A stretch of 15,220 nucleotides of DNA from a bacterium (GCA_043822925.1 JBDRBF010000016.1:1-15220); one strand, 5' to 3'; positions 1-8,554 are shown, counted from the stretch's first letter. Notes: generated by a model not told the origin, from the sequence alone. A program made the numbers and translations.

Positions 1-1418
1 TATATGATATTACCTATACCTGTAATACTATTGCCACTATTAAAAACATACAAAAGTTTAGGATAATTCCCACGACGCATAGAAAGGTGATCATTTTGAT
101 AAAGTGCATCGTAATAATCGTTTAACCGGGTGCAACTGATATCATATTCAGTGCCACTAAATACAACCGGGCAGTCATCCAAGATTAATTTCTTATCACC
201 AAAAACCGTAACATAATTATCCCGTGCCAATTTAAGCGTGACGTTTTTAAAATTAATATCTTGTAATATATGAAAAAACGTTCCTGGCGTCTCATGTATA
301 AACTGTACATTTACCTCGTTAGATAAAAAGTTTGATTCACCAACAACGTTATAAACAGCTTGCCCCCCGGTAAGGTTAAACGCTGCTTCAGGATATAATT
401 TTAATTTTATATTCCCATCAAGTGTCCCGTCGCCTAAATTTAAAGCCCCATCAACGTGAGTACAGTGAGCATCAAACCGCACTTCACCGTCACCAAGCAC
501 CGTGCCTCGCGTTAAAGCCATTCCGGAACTAGTAATACTTAACGTGCTATTTTCCATAGTTAAGCGTGATGTTTTATCTACAAAATAAAGCGGCTCTCTA
601 TCATCAAAACCATTTTTCCGGCCCATGCTCACCGTTATTATATCGTTCAAACGCCAAGAAGAATCCGTTTCAATCGTGCTTGTTAGCGCTGATTCATAAG
701 AAAAAACATACGGACCAGCAAAATTAACATCGTTTTGAACCGTAAAACTTCCATTCGTGAACGTATAATCTGAAGTAAGCACCCAACGCATATTATCTAA
801 AACAAGCTTTGAACTATCGTCAACACACCACATAGAGCGCTGTATAACGCCATCAAGTTCTGTATTGCGTATTTTGAGCATTGTATCATGCCCAACAATA
901 ATATGCCCATTCGGCCCAAAAATAATTCTGTTACCACGGCCATCAATCGAACAATTTCCCATAAATTTCGCCGTGCCACTCAAGTATAAATCTGCGCTCA
1001 AAAATAATTTTACATCTTTAAAAACCGTGTCATAACCAAGCGGGAAACCGGTAATACTGGTACACAAATCAAGCTGATGCTGATTACCAGAAAAAACACC
1101 TGACGTATTAAGTACGGTATTGTTTTGAAATATTAAATCAGTACCAAGATAGATAGTGCCCCCGTGCAAACTAACATCACCAGAAACAGGATAAACAGAC
1201 GCAAATGTACAGGTTGTACTGGAATCTTGAAGCGAAAACCCATTCTTAAAAAAACCAAACGTAAGCATGTTATTATCAAGATCTATTGCCGGAAACGTCA
1301 CGGGGTTTTCTATAGATACGACCGTATCTGAACCTTTGGTTAGGCAAAACAAATTGCTAAAATTTATAACAGACACAACAACCAAGAATGCTATAGAAAA
1401 AATATTATATTTCTTCAC
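1..1418 (-). CDS. Large secreted hypothetical protein, beta-strand-rich (partial; 3' end beyond left edge)
   Basis: Manually translated: GTG at 1418-1416 with AAAAGGG upstream; 472 codons with no stop down to position 3 (MKKYNIFSIAFLVVVSVINFSNLFCLTKGSDTVVSIENPVTFP...FKNGFSLQDSSTTCTFASVYPVSGDVSLHGGTIYLGTDLIF...). Basic then hydrophobic N-terminus; rich in G/N/T/S/D with alternating hydrophobics. Absent from the ORF track because no stop is in the window. Confidence 0.85.
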   Translation of the reverse strand, partial: MKKYNIFSIAFLVVVSVINFSNLFCLTKGSDTVVSIENPVTFPAIDLDNNMLTFGFFKNGFSLQDSSTTCTFASVYPVSGDVSLHGGTIYLGTDLIFQNNTVLNTSGVFSGNQHQLDLCTSITGFPLGYDTVFKDVKLFLSADLYLSGTAKFMGNCSIDGRGNRIIFGPNGHIIVGHDTMLKIRNTELDGVIQRSMWCVDDSSKLVLDNMRWVLTSDYTFTNGSFTVQNDVNFAGPYVFSYESALTSTIETDSSWRLNDIITVSMGRKNGFDDREPLYFVDKTSRLTMENSTLSITSSGMALTRGTVLGDGEVRFDAHCTHVDGALNLGDGTLDGNIKLKLYPEAAFNLTGGQAVYNVVGESNFLSNEVNVQFIHETPGTFFHILQDINFKNVTLKLARDNYVTVFGDKKLILDDCPVVFSGTEYDISCTRLNDYYDALYQNDHLSMRRGNYPKLLYVFNSGNSITGIGNII

Positions 1419-1466
1419 AACTACTCTACCCTTTTATAACAAAGATCTTATTGGTCTGCCTAAATT

Positions 1467-2702
1467 TTATAAGAAAAATCCCTGTAAACTTGCTGGTAAT
1501 TTTCTGTATGTTACCGATTGCAAAATACGAGAATAATCAAGTTGAGAATACGTATTCCAAAACAAAATAACATTATTCTGTAATTTATTTTTATTTATTT
1601 CTGACAAACAGGTCGAAAAAGCTTTTCCTGAATATAACGGATCAAGCGTAATTGAATCTAACCTTTGTAAAAGCGCAATATCTTGCGCAACTTGCTTACT
1701 CAAAGCATCCGTATCTTTATAGAAATCGCTATTTATTTTAACGCTATCTTTACTAACACTCGCAATAAACGTTGGATCTAAAGATTCTAAAAGCTTTTGC
1801 GTACTTTGTATTAAGAAATATAACGCTTGTTCTTCTGCCCGTACATCTACTCTGGCGCACACAACTTTGCTTTTAAGCCCAGCTGCAGCAAGCCCAAGTA
1901 TTAACCCAGCAGCTGTTGACATGGTGCCAACAGGTACAAAAATATAATCGGGCTCAGGCATTACACCTGCAGTTATCTGATCTTTTAACTCAAACGCGGC
2001 ATTAACATATGCGATAGCTGACAATTCATTTGATAGACCAGCAGGCATAATATACGGGTAATAGCTATTTCTACGTTCAAATTCTAAAAATAAATTAAGC
2101 GCAGCTGTATCCTGAAAAAGAGCACTCGGATGATAATGTATTTCAGCACCATAATAAACTGTTGCAAGTAAATTATTACGTATAGATTCAGAATTTTCAT
2201 CGCCACTTAATATTGCTATCGTTTTCATATTTAGTTGTTGAGCACAAAGAGTAAGAGCGAGCACACTATATGCTTTAACATCTATCGTTGATATAACCGT
2301 TTTAGCACTATTTGCACACGCATCGGCAAGTAAAAATTCTAACTTACGGACATGATTGCCACCAAAAGAACTATTAATTTGACCGTCATCTTTTATATAA
2401 AAATCTGACACCCCAATAGACTTCCCTAACTTCTTACATTTTTTTAACGGCGTAGGTAAATCCCCCAAAGAAACATAGTGTAATTTATTTGCAAGCACAG
2501 GATTTTTTTTGAAAAGACTTACTTGTGCAATTTCTGTAGGTTTATTATTCGTTGGAATTGTGCCGACTGGCTTTACCCATAAACAGGCTTCGTACAAAAG
2601 ACGGTCAAGATAATTTGCCGCGTAAATATGCGAAAATAAAACATGTGAACAGATAAATATATTTGTGAAAAGTACCCATTTTTTTTTTGCTGTGCTCTTC
2701 AT
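1467..2702 (-). CDS. D-cysteine desulfhydrase / ACC deaminase family (PLP fold type II) homologue with degenerate active site and N-terminal leader
   Basis: Motifs LGDLPTPL, IKDDG, GGNHVRKLEFLLADA (canonical GGNKxRKLE), GTMSTAAGL and LDPLYSGKA; GGGGAG RBS upstream of the ATG at 2702. Confidence 0.85.
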   Translation of the reverse strand: MKSTAKKKWVLFTNIFICSHVLFSHIYAANYLDRLLYEACLWVKPVGTIPTNNKPTEIAQVSLFKKNPVLANKLHYVSLGDLPTPLKKCKKLGKSIGVSDFYIKDDGQINSSFGGNHVRKLEFLLADACANSAKTVISTIDVKAYSVLALTLCAQQLNMKTIAILSGDENSESIRNNLLATVYYGAEIHYHPSALFQDTAALNLFLEFERRNSYYPYIMPAGLSNELSAIAYVNAAFELKDQITAGVMPEPDYIFVPVGTMSTAAGLILGLAAAGLKSKVVCARVDVRAEEQALYFLIQSTQKLLESLDPTFIASVSKDSVKINSDFYKDTDALSKQVAQDIALLQRLDSITLDPLYSGKAFSTCLSEINKNKLQNNVILFWNTYSQLDYSRILQSVTYRKLPASLQGFFL

Positions 2703-2797
2703 TTTCTTCTCCCCTTTTCAATTTTTTACACTACATGAATTTCCTAAAAAAACAATATGTAAAAAATAAGCCGGGGATCCACGTCCAAATATCCTCT

Positions 2798-2868
2798 TCC
2801 TGGGGCCGCACACGTCTAGCGACGTGTTTGTGCCCAGGCTACAAGAACCACTTCAAGCCTACGGCTTG
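2798..2868 (-). repeat. Structured intergenic element, copy 1 (REP-like or cis-regulatory RNA)
   Basis: Minus strand reads CAAGCC-GTA-GGCTTG...TGTAG-CCTGGG-CACAA-ACACGTC-GCTA-GACGTGT-GCGGC-CCCAGG-A; homologous to 7265-7334. Confidence 0.7.
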
Positions 2869-2996
2869 ATGATGTAACACAAAAATTTTACAAATTACTC
2901 AAAAATATTTGAATTCAAAGACCTATCCCCGGGTTTCCCATAAATTTTCGGGGCCAAGAACTCAAAAAATACTTATAGCTCTCATTCTTAAACGAC

Positions 2997-3044
2997 AAGA
3001 TAGGTGCTCAGTATTAAGTTAATTTAACACTAAGCACCTATCTT
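2997..3044 (-). terminator. 21-bp hairpin just 3' of the DPP III gene (terminator or mRNA stabiliser)
   Basis: Arms 2997-3017 and 3024-3044. The two mismatches become G-U pairs only on the minus strand. The U-tract is weak. Confidence 0.6.
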
Positions 3045-3056
3045 ATTACTTACTTT

Positions 3057-5237
3057 TTACTCGCACGCCAATTCGATCTTCTCGTAATTCTTATACTGCT
3101 CAAATATATCACGTGGCCAGACAGCTTGAATATCAACAATCTCTTTGCCCGCTTTATCAAGTACCGGCACAAAATGTGGGTAAATTAACGCAAAAACCTT
3201 TAAGTCGCCAACAATTGCCTGCTGGTTATCTTTCAAAATTCTCATATATTCTGGGTGACGCAATGGGCGACCATACGTTTCAATCAAGCCTTTAGCGCCA
3301 AAAATATTACCGGTCGACTTTATAACCTGCACATCAACCATGAGATTTTTGATATATTCTTTTGCTTTGGCCAAATCTTTTACGCGCAAGCCAATTACGG
3401 TATGAGTTTTATCAGCACTTTTATCTTTAATTAAAACTTGTTCTTCAACAAATTCAAGACAACCATGATCAACCAAAAAGTTCATAATCGTACAATTAGC
3501 AAGCGCATGTTCACCTGCAATTTCAGTAGCCCCATCGCTTTGTTGCATATATCTACGCAACCCAGTACCTGCCATGGCCAAGATTAATTCTGTTTCAAGT
3601 TCGTCCTGACTTAATAGAGCTGTCCAGTCACTCAAGAACCCACACGCCAAAATTTCAGGTAAGTTAAACACACTTATATAGAGAGAAATAATTTCAGCAC
3701 GCAGCTCTTCTATCGTATTTTCATACCCATCAAGTAACGCACAAATATTAGTACTCGTTACATTAATCGTATCCCCAATACTATGTGTTTGCTTATCGCC
3801 AGAAGATACTGTTAAATTCTCGCCTTCTTTAAACGTGTGTGTAGCTAGGCGCCCACTGCCATGCCCGATAGTCTCATGCAAAATACACTGCAAATCCCAA
3901 ATATCACGGGCCAATTTACCGTCTTGATCATGTTTGTTGAGCCAATCTACTTTATTCTTTACATTAAACAGCGCACGCGCCAGTTCAGGGTCTTTCATCG
4001 CAGCCAGGCCTTTAGTTGCCGGATACATAATTTGCTTGGAGCCATACTGTGATCTAATTTCAGAATAATTTGGTAAACAATACGCAGCCGTAATAAACAT
4101 AGGTCCCAGCTCACCAACACCAAATATTTTTTCGTTAATAGAAGCATTAGGAATAGAATCTATTTTTTCTCGCTTAAACTCTTGGAAAAGAGGCATACGT
4201 TTTTCTAATTCTGGTAATAACTTATTTAAAATGCCAATATCGACACTCCGTATCGTTGCTTCAGCCTGAAAAAAGCCACGTTGCGATTTAGGGTCGCTAT
4301 AGTTTTCAATAAATCCAAAATTATAATCGATCTTACTTGAGCTCTTAAGCCATTCTATAGAATGCTGTTTAAAATACTCTTCGTCGCCAGATTCAAGATA
4401 TTTGATTAATAATTCAAGACTCTTAATAATATGCTCATCAAAATTTTGCGTATATTTTTGCGCGTGCTCATATGCTTTTTTAAACCAGTACGCACTTACC
4501 GTAAGCTCTTGGCCATACTTGCCATCAACAGAATAAACCATACTTTTTGGCATACGCTGACCGTTATGTTCAACATAAAAATAGGCATTTAATTTACTTT
4601 GGTCTTGTACTGGTATCTGGGAATAATCTTGTTCGGTAAAATCAGGTGCATAAATATTAACAGCACTATCAGCAATACTGCCTGGCACACAAATAGTTGG
4701 TTCTATAGTATCGTCAAAAAGCGCCGGCGCTATGTGCAAGAGCTTTTCTTGCGCATCAGCAAATCCTGTACGCCCAAGAACAGCTAAAATATTCTCTTGA
4801 GTTAATAGATCAAGTCCCAATTTATTTGGCGTACGCTTTTCATTTGAATGCTCACGCAAAAAATACTGGCCATGATTAGTCCAAAGATACACTAAAAACG
4901 TCTTTGCCTGTTCAAGAAATTTTGTACGATCGCTTAACTTATCCTGATTATTAATTATATGTTCGAAAATATTCGTAATTTCCAGCCCATGCCTATGTAA
5001 TTGGTCAGCCAAAATTCTATTGCCCGGCAAACATGCTCGAAATAAATAATACACAAACACCCGTTCTTGGGGCGTTAGGCTATTATAGAGTTGGGTCACG
5101 TTTGTATTATATAGAACAGCTATTTCTTTATAATTTTCAATTCTGTCTGGAGCTTGATTGAGAGCCATACTATCCCCCTGTGATAAAACTGTTTGGCACA
5201 TACTTGCAATAAACACGCATACACAAAAAATACGCAT
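3057..5237 (-). CDS. Dipeptidyl peptidase III (peptidase family M49), probable signal peptide
   Basis: HETIGHGSG (HEXXGH zinc motif, 3861-3878), EELRAE (EEXR(K)AE(D) motif, 3693-3710), GFIENYSDP and LPNY; GGAG RBS before the ATG at 5237. Confidence 0.92.
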   Translation of the reverse strand: MRIFCVCVFIASMCQTVLSQGDSMALNQAPDRIENYKEIAVLYNTNVTQLYNSLTPQERVFVYYLFRACLPGNRILADQLHRHGLEITNIFEHIINNQDKLSDRTKFLEQAKTFLVYLWTNHGQYFLREHSNEKRTPNKLGLDLLTQENILAVLGRTGFADAQEKLLHIAPALFDDTIEPTICVPGSIADSAVNIYAPDFTEQDYSQIPVQDQSKLNAYFYVEHNGQRMPKSMVYSVDGKYGQELTVSAYWFKKAYEHAQKYTQNFDEHIIKSLELLIKYLESGDEEYFKQHSIEWLKSSSKIDYNFGFIENYSDPKSQRGFFQAEATIRSVDIGILNKLLPELEKRMPLFQEFKREKIDSIPNASINEKIFGVGELGPMFITAAYCLPNYSEIRSQYGSKQIMYPATKGLAAMKDPELARALFNVKNKVDWLNKHDQDGKLARDIWDLQCILHETIGHGSGRLATHTFKEGENLTVSSGDKQTHSIGDTINVTSTNICALLDGYENTIEELRAEIISLYISVFNLPEILACGFLSDWTALLSQDELETELILAMAGTGLRRYMQQSDGATEIAGEHALANCTIMNFLVDHGCLEFVEEQVLIKDKSADKTHTVIGLRVKDLAKAKEYIKNLMVDVQVIKSTGNIFGAKGLIETYGRPLRHPEYMRILKDNQQAIVGDLKVFALIYPHFVPVLDKAGKEIVDIQAVWPRDIFEQYKNYEKIELACE

Positions 5238-5295
5238 ACTTGTTCTCCGGTAAATCTTGGCGCTTTTTCTTTTTCTTTTTTGAATATAGTCTTTT

Positions 5296-5304
5296 TGCTA
5301 TACT
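5296..5304 (+). promoter_or_regulatory. Possible extended -10 promoter for the MNT-HEPN-ruvB unit
   Basis: TGcTATACT matches TGnTATAAT at 5/6 in the -10 box, 40 nt upstream of the ATG at 5345. No good -35 element. Confidence 0.35.
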
Positions 5305-5344
5305 TTGTAAAAGTGCTAAAAAGTCTAATTTTGAGGGGACAAAT

Positions 5345-5695
5345 ATGAAAAAAAAGAAAATTGTGCAAAAAAAAAAGAACCCCACTCCAAAAAAAGTACA
5401 AAAAAGTTTAGACAAAGAAATTATTCTTTCTTTCCTTAAAGACAACAAAGCTTATTTGAAACAAGAATTCGGAATAAAAAAAATAGCCCTTTTTGGCTCA
5501 TATGCCAGGGATGAAGCAACAAAAAAAAGCGATATCGATATTGCCATTGTAATGCCAGAAAAAAGCTTCACAAAAAGATTCTACTTAAAAGAATTTCTAG
5601 AAAAAGAATTTCACAAAAAAGTTGAGGTTTGTTATCTAGATAGCATGAGATCTCTCATTAGAAGAAACGTCGAACAGGACTTAATATATGCATAA
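5345..5695 (+). CDS. Minimal nucleotidyltransferase (MNT/MntA-like) antitoxin
   Basis: LFGSYARDEATKKSDIDI fits the GSX10DXD motif. GAGGGG RBS precedes the ATG at 5345, so the ORF-track start at 5240 is too far upstream. Overlaps the next gene by 8 nt. Confidence 0.9.
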   Translation: MKKKKIVQKKKNPTPKKVQKSLDKEIILSFLKDNKAYLKQEFGIKKIALFGSYARDEATKKSDIDIAIVMPEKSFTKRFYLKEFLEKEFHKKVEVCYLDSMRSLIRRNVEQDLIYA

Positions 5696-6152
5696 AGAAA
5701 AAGATACGGGGCTTTTTGTTATAGACATCGTCATCGCTTTAGACAAAATAAAGCGCTACACTCGCTTAATCAAAAAAATTTCAGATTTTGAAGACAATGA
5801 AATAACTTTTGATGCAACAATCATGCAACTGGAAGTCATTGGTGAATCAATGAAACATATTCTAAAAAACGAAACTTATGCCCCTCTTACAAAAAAATAT
5901 TGGCGAACTATCTCTGATTTAAGAAACGTCATTGCTCATGAATATTTCGGCATAGACGTAGAAACAATTTTTAAAATAGTAACCGACGATATTGTAACGC
6001 TTAGAACCGACTTCTTTGATTTCATAAAAAAAATAAAAAATGATACGTCTTTCATAGAATCACTTACAGAAACAAAAAAAGACTTAAAAAAGATGAAAAG
6101 AAAAGAAAGCCTCGCCTGCCTCAAAGAATTAGAACAATTTTTAAAAAAATAA
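5688..6152 (+). CDS. HEPN (DUF86/HepT-like) RNase toxin
   Basis: DATIMQLEVIGE and WRTISDLRNVIAHEYFGID (R-X4-H-X-Y); translationally coupled to the MNT gene. Confidence 0.9.
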   Translation: MHKEKDTGLFVIDIVIALDKIKRYTRLIKKISDFEDNEITFDATIMQLEVIGESMKHILKNETYAPLTKKYWRTISDLRNVIAHEYFGIDVETIFKIVTDDIVTLRTDFFDFIKKIKNDTSFIESLTETKKDLKKMKRKESLACLKELEQFLKK

Positions 6153-6158
6153 GAATGT

Positions 6159-7211
6159 ATGAACCAAGAAGTCCCCATAGAATTGCTTCTTCAACAAGAA
6201 ACAACCGAAGATAAACAATACTCGTTTGAACCAAAAAGTTTTGACGAGTTTCTTGGCCAAGAAGAAATTAAAAGCAAACTTAAAATTTATGTACAAGCGG
6301 CAAAAATGCGCGGCGAACCACTAGACCACATATTACTTTTTGGCCCACCAGGTCTAGGCAAAACAACACTTGCGCGTGTTATAACACAAGAGCTTGAAGT
6401 ACGTTTTAAAATCACAAGTGCACCAATTTTAGAACGCGCCGGCGACCTAGTTGCAATTTTATCAAGCTTAGAACACCGGGAAATTTTATTTATAGACGAG
6501 ATACATAGGCTCCCCACAAACGTAGAAGAAATTTTATATAGCGCCATGGAAAATTATTGCGTCGACGTAATTATCGGCCAAGGAGCCGGAGCCAAATCAA
6601 TCAGACTCCCACTCAACCCGTTTACGCTGGTTGGAGCAACAACCAAAACGTCTTTAATATCAGGCCCCCTGCAAACCCGTTTTGGTATCGTCGAGCGCTT
6701 AGATTTTTATAATCCCGAAGAACTTTCTTGTATTGTTAAACAAAACGCCGCTTTTTTGGGGTACCCAATCGAGCACGAAGCTGCAATAACAATTGGACAC
6801 CGAGCGCGTGGCACCCCAAGACTCGTAAAGCGCATCTTGCGTCGCATACGCGACTTTGCCCAAGTAAACCAAAAAACCATAATAGACATAGAAACCGTAA
6901 ATCAAGCACTCAAACTACTTGATATAGACCAAGATGGCCTAACAAAGCTCGATAGACGTATACTTACGCACATTATTAACGACTTTGATGGCGGGCCTGT
7001 TGGGCTAGAAACATTAGCAGCAATGACCGGCGAAGATAAAGATACGTTAGAAGAAGTGTGTGAGCCATACTTGCTCAGGCAGGGCTTTTTGCAAAAAACA
7101 TCTCGCGGACGCCAGATCCCAGCAAAACGATATCACTCAATATGCCGTAAATTAGGCATCAAATTCAAAGAGATTGCTGAACAAGAACCGCTTTTTCACA
7201 ATAAAACCTGA
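6159..7211 (+). CDS. ruvB: Holliday junction branch migration ATPase RuvB
   Basis: LDHILLFGPPGLGKTTLA (Walker A), LFIDEIHRL (Walker B), FTLVGATT, RARGTPR, GGPVGL and EPYLLRQGFLQKTSRGR. Confidence 0.98.
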   Translation: MNQEVPIELLLQQETTEDKQYSFEPKSFDEFLGQEEIKSKLKIYVQAAKMRGEPLDHILLFGPPGLGKTTLARVITQELEVRFKITSAPILERAGDLVAILSSLEHREILFIDEIHRLPTNVEEILYSAMENYCVDVIIGQGAGAKSIRLPLNPFTLVGATTKTSLISGPLQTRFGIVERLDFYNPEELSCIVKQNAAFLGYPIEHEAAITIGHRARGTPRLVKRILRRIRDFAQVNQKTIIDIETVNQALKLLDIDQDGLTKLDRRILTHIINDFDGGPVGLETLAAMTGEDKDTLEEVCEPYLLRQGFLQKTSRGRQIPAKRYHSICRKLGIKFKEIAEQEPLFHNKT

Positions 7212-7264
7212 CTTTTTCATCAAATCTTTTATAATTATCTGGTTGTTTAATATAGTTCCCAAAA

Positions 7265-7334
7265 CAAGCCGGTAGGCTTGTGTATTATGTAGCCCGGGCA
7301 CGAAGAGGGCTTTTAGCCCGATGAGACCCCGGGA
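7265..7334 (+). repeat. Structured intergenic element, copy 2 (REP-like or cis-regulatory RNA)
   Basis: CAAGCC-GGTA-GGCTTG...TGTAG-CCCGGG-CACGAAGA-GGGCT-TTT-AGCCC-GATGAGAC-CCCGGG-A; homologous to 2798-2868. Confidence 0.7.
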
Positions 7335-7369
7335 TTAGAATAACAAGAATTAACTATAGAAGGGTGATT

Positions 7370-8539
7370 ATGAAAAAATCACAAATAATTTCAGTCGGCA
7401 TGGCCATGTTCGCCATGCTCTTTGGCGCAGGAAACATTGTATTCCCTCTTGTCCTTGGACGAGATATGGGCGACATGCTCTGGTTTGGACTTTTAGGTTT
7501 TACCATCACTGCGATTGTAGTACCAATTCTTGGCCTCGTTTCAGTTATGCTCTGCGATGGACAATACAATAACTTTTTCAACAAATTAGGCGTAACTGCG
7601 GGTGGCATTCTTGGAACCATTTGCATGCTCATACTTTTTGTATTCTCTCCACGCTGCATTGCCATAGCACACGCATCAACAAAGCTTTATCTGCCACAAT
7701 TTACTATTTTTTACTTCAGTATTTTTTCCGTAGCCCTTATTTATCTATTAACCAGAAAACAAAATTCAGTAATTGATATTATTGGTAAATTTCTAGCCCC
7801 ACTTAAAATAATTTTACTCCTCGTTCTCATTGTTGTCGGCTTCTTGTTTCCAGCAGCATTTTTAACAACGTCAATATCTTCGGGGCAAGGTTTTACAACC
7901 GGATTAATAACCGGATTTGGCACCGGAGACTTGCTTGGTACTATATTTTTCTCAGCACTTATCTTATCAGGCATAAGAAAAAGCATGGCTCATGCTGGAC
8001 ACATTGCCCCAAAAACACTCGCAATAAAAGGCCTACAATCTGGCCTTGTTGGAGCACTCCTGCTTGGCTTTATGTACGCAGGTTTTTGCGTAGTGGCCGG
8101 ATTTTACGGCACTGAACTAGCGGGCATTCCAAATGGAGATATTTTCAGCGTGCTGGCAAGCTTAGTTTTAGGAAGCATTGGTGGACTTATGGCAAATATC
8201 ACTGTTGGCGTTGCGTGTCTCGTTACCGCAGTAGCTCTCACCACCGTATTTGCTGATTACCTCAAAAGAATAATATTCAGAAATAAACTCAGTTATCACG
8301 CGTGTCTTTTAATCACCATCACCATCACCGCAATTATGTCAAATTTTGGCTTTGATGGAATCATGCAAATTATTGGACCAGCAGTCGGGGCTATTTACCC
8401 AGGGCTTATTGTGCTAGCCATTATGAACATTGCAAACGTTCTATTTGATTTTAAATGGATAAAAACCCCGGTCTTTGCAACATTTGCTATCACTATCGTC
8501 ATGCAATACTGGGATACTATTCAAACATTAATCAAGTAA
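7370..8539 (+). CDS. brnQ: Branched-chain amino acid:cation symporter (LIVCS family)
   Basis: GMAMFAMLFGAGNIVFP, PRCIAIA, IDIIGKFLAP, GFGTGDLLGTIFF, ACLVTAVAL and IYP motifs; multi-pass hydrophobic. ATG at 7370 follows AAGGG; GTG at 7364 is an alternative start. Confidence 0.93.
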   Translation: MKKSQIISVGMAMFAMLFGAGNIVFPLVLGRDMGDMLWFGLLGFTITAIVVPILGLVSVMLCDGQYNNFFNKLGVTAGGILGTICMLILFVFSPRCIAIAHASTKLYLPQFTIFYFSIFSVALIYLLTRKQNSVIDIIGKFLAPLKIILLLVLIVVGFLFPAAFLTTSISSGQGFTTGLITGFGTGDLLGTIFFSALILSGIRKSMAHAGHIAPKTLAIKGLQSGLVGALLLGFMYAGFCVVAGFYGTELAGIPNGDIFSVLASLVLGSIGGLMANITVGVACLVTAVALTTVFADYLKRIIFRNKLSYHACLLITITITAIMSNFGFDGIMQIIGPAVGAIYPGLIVLAIMNIANVLFDFKWIKTPVFATFAITIVMQYWDTIQTLIK

Positions 8540-8554
8540 ATTACGAACCAAAAT

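Noticed and set aside
2826-2843. GCCTGGGCA resembling the 3' end of the ZTP (pfl) riboswitch; 6S RNA also considered
   Set aside because: The upstream ZTP P1/P2 consensus is absent and the downstream gene context does not fit; no long 6S-type rod with a central bubble is evident.
5367-5376. A10 tract in the MNT gene as a phase-variation switch
   Set aside because: Long A/T runs are common throughout this AT-rich window and the frame is intact.
7300-7326. Hammerhead-like words (CGAA...CCGATGAG) in motif copy 2
   Set aside because: The core is not CUGAUGA/GAAA, the three-stem junction cannot be built, and copy 1 lacks these words.
1467-8539. DcyD-like, DPP III and BrnQ as a single amino-acid scavenging operon
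   Set aside because: They lie on opposite strands and are separated by hairpins, the TA pair and ruvB; the shared theme may be coincidental.
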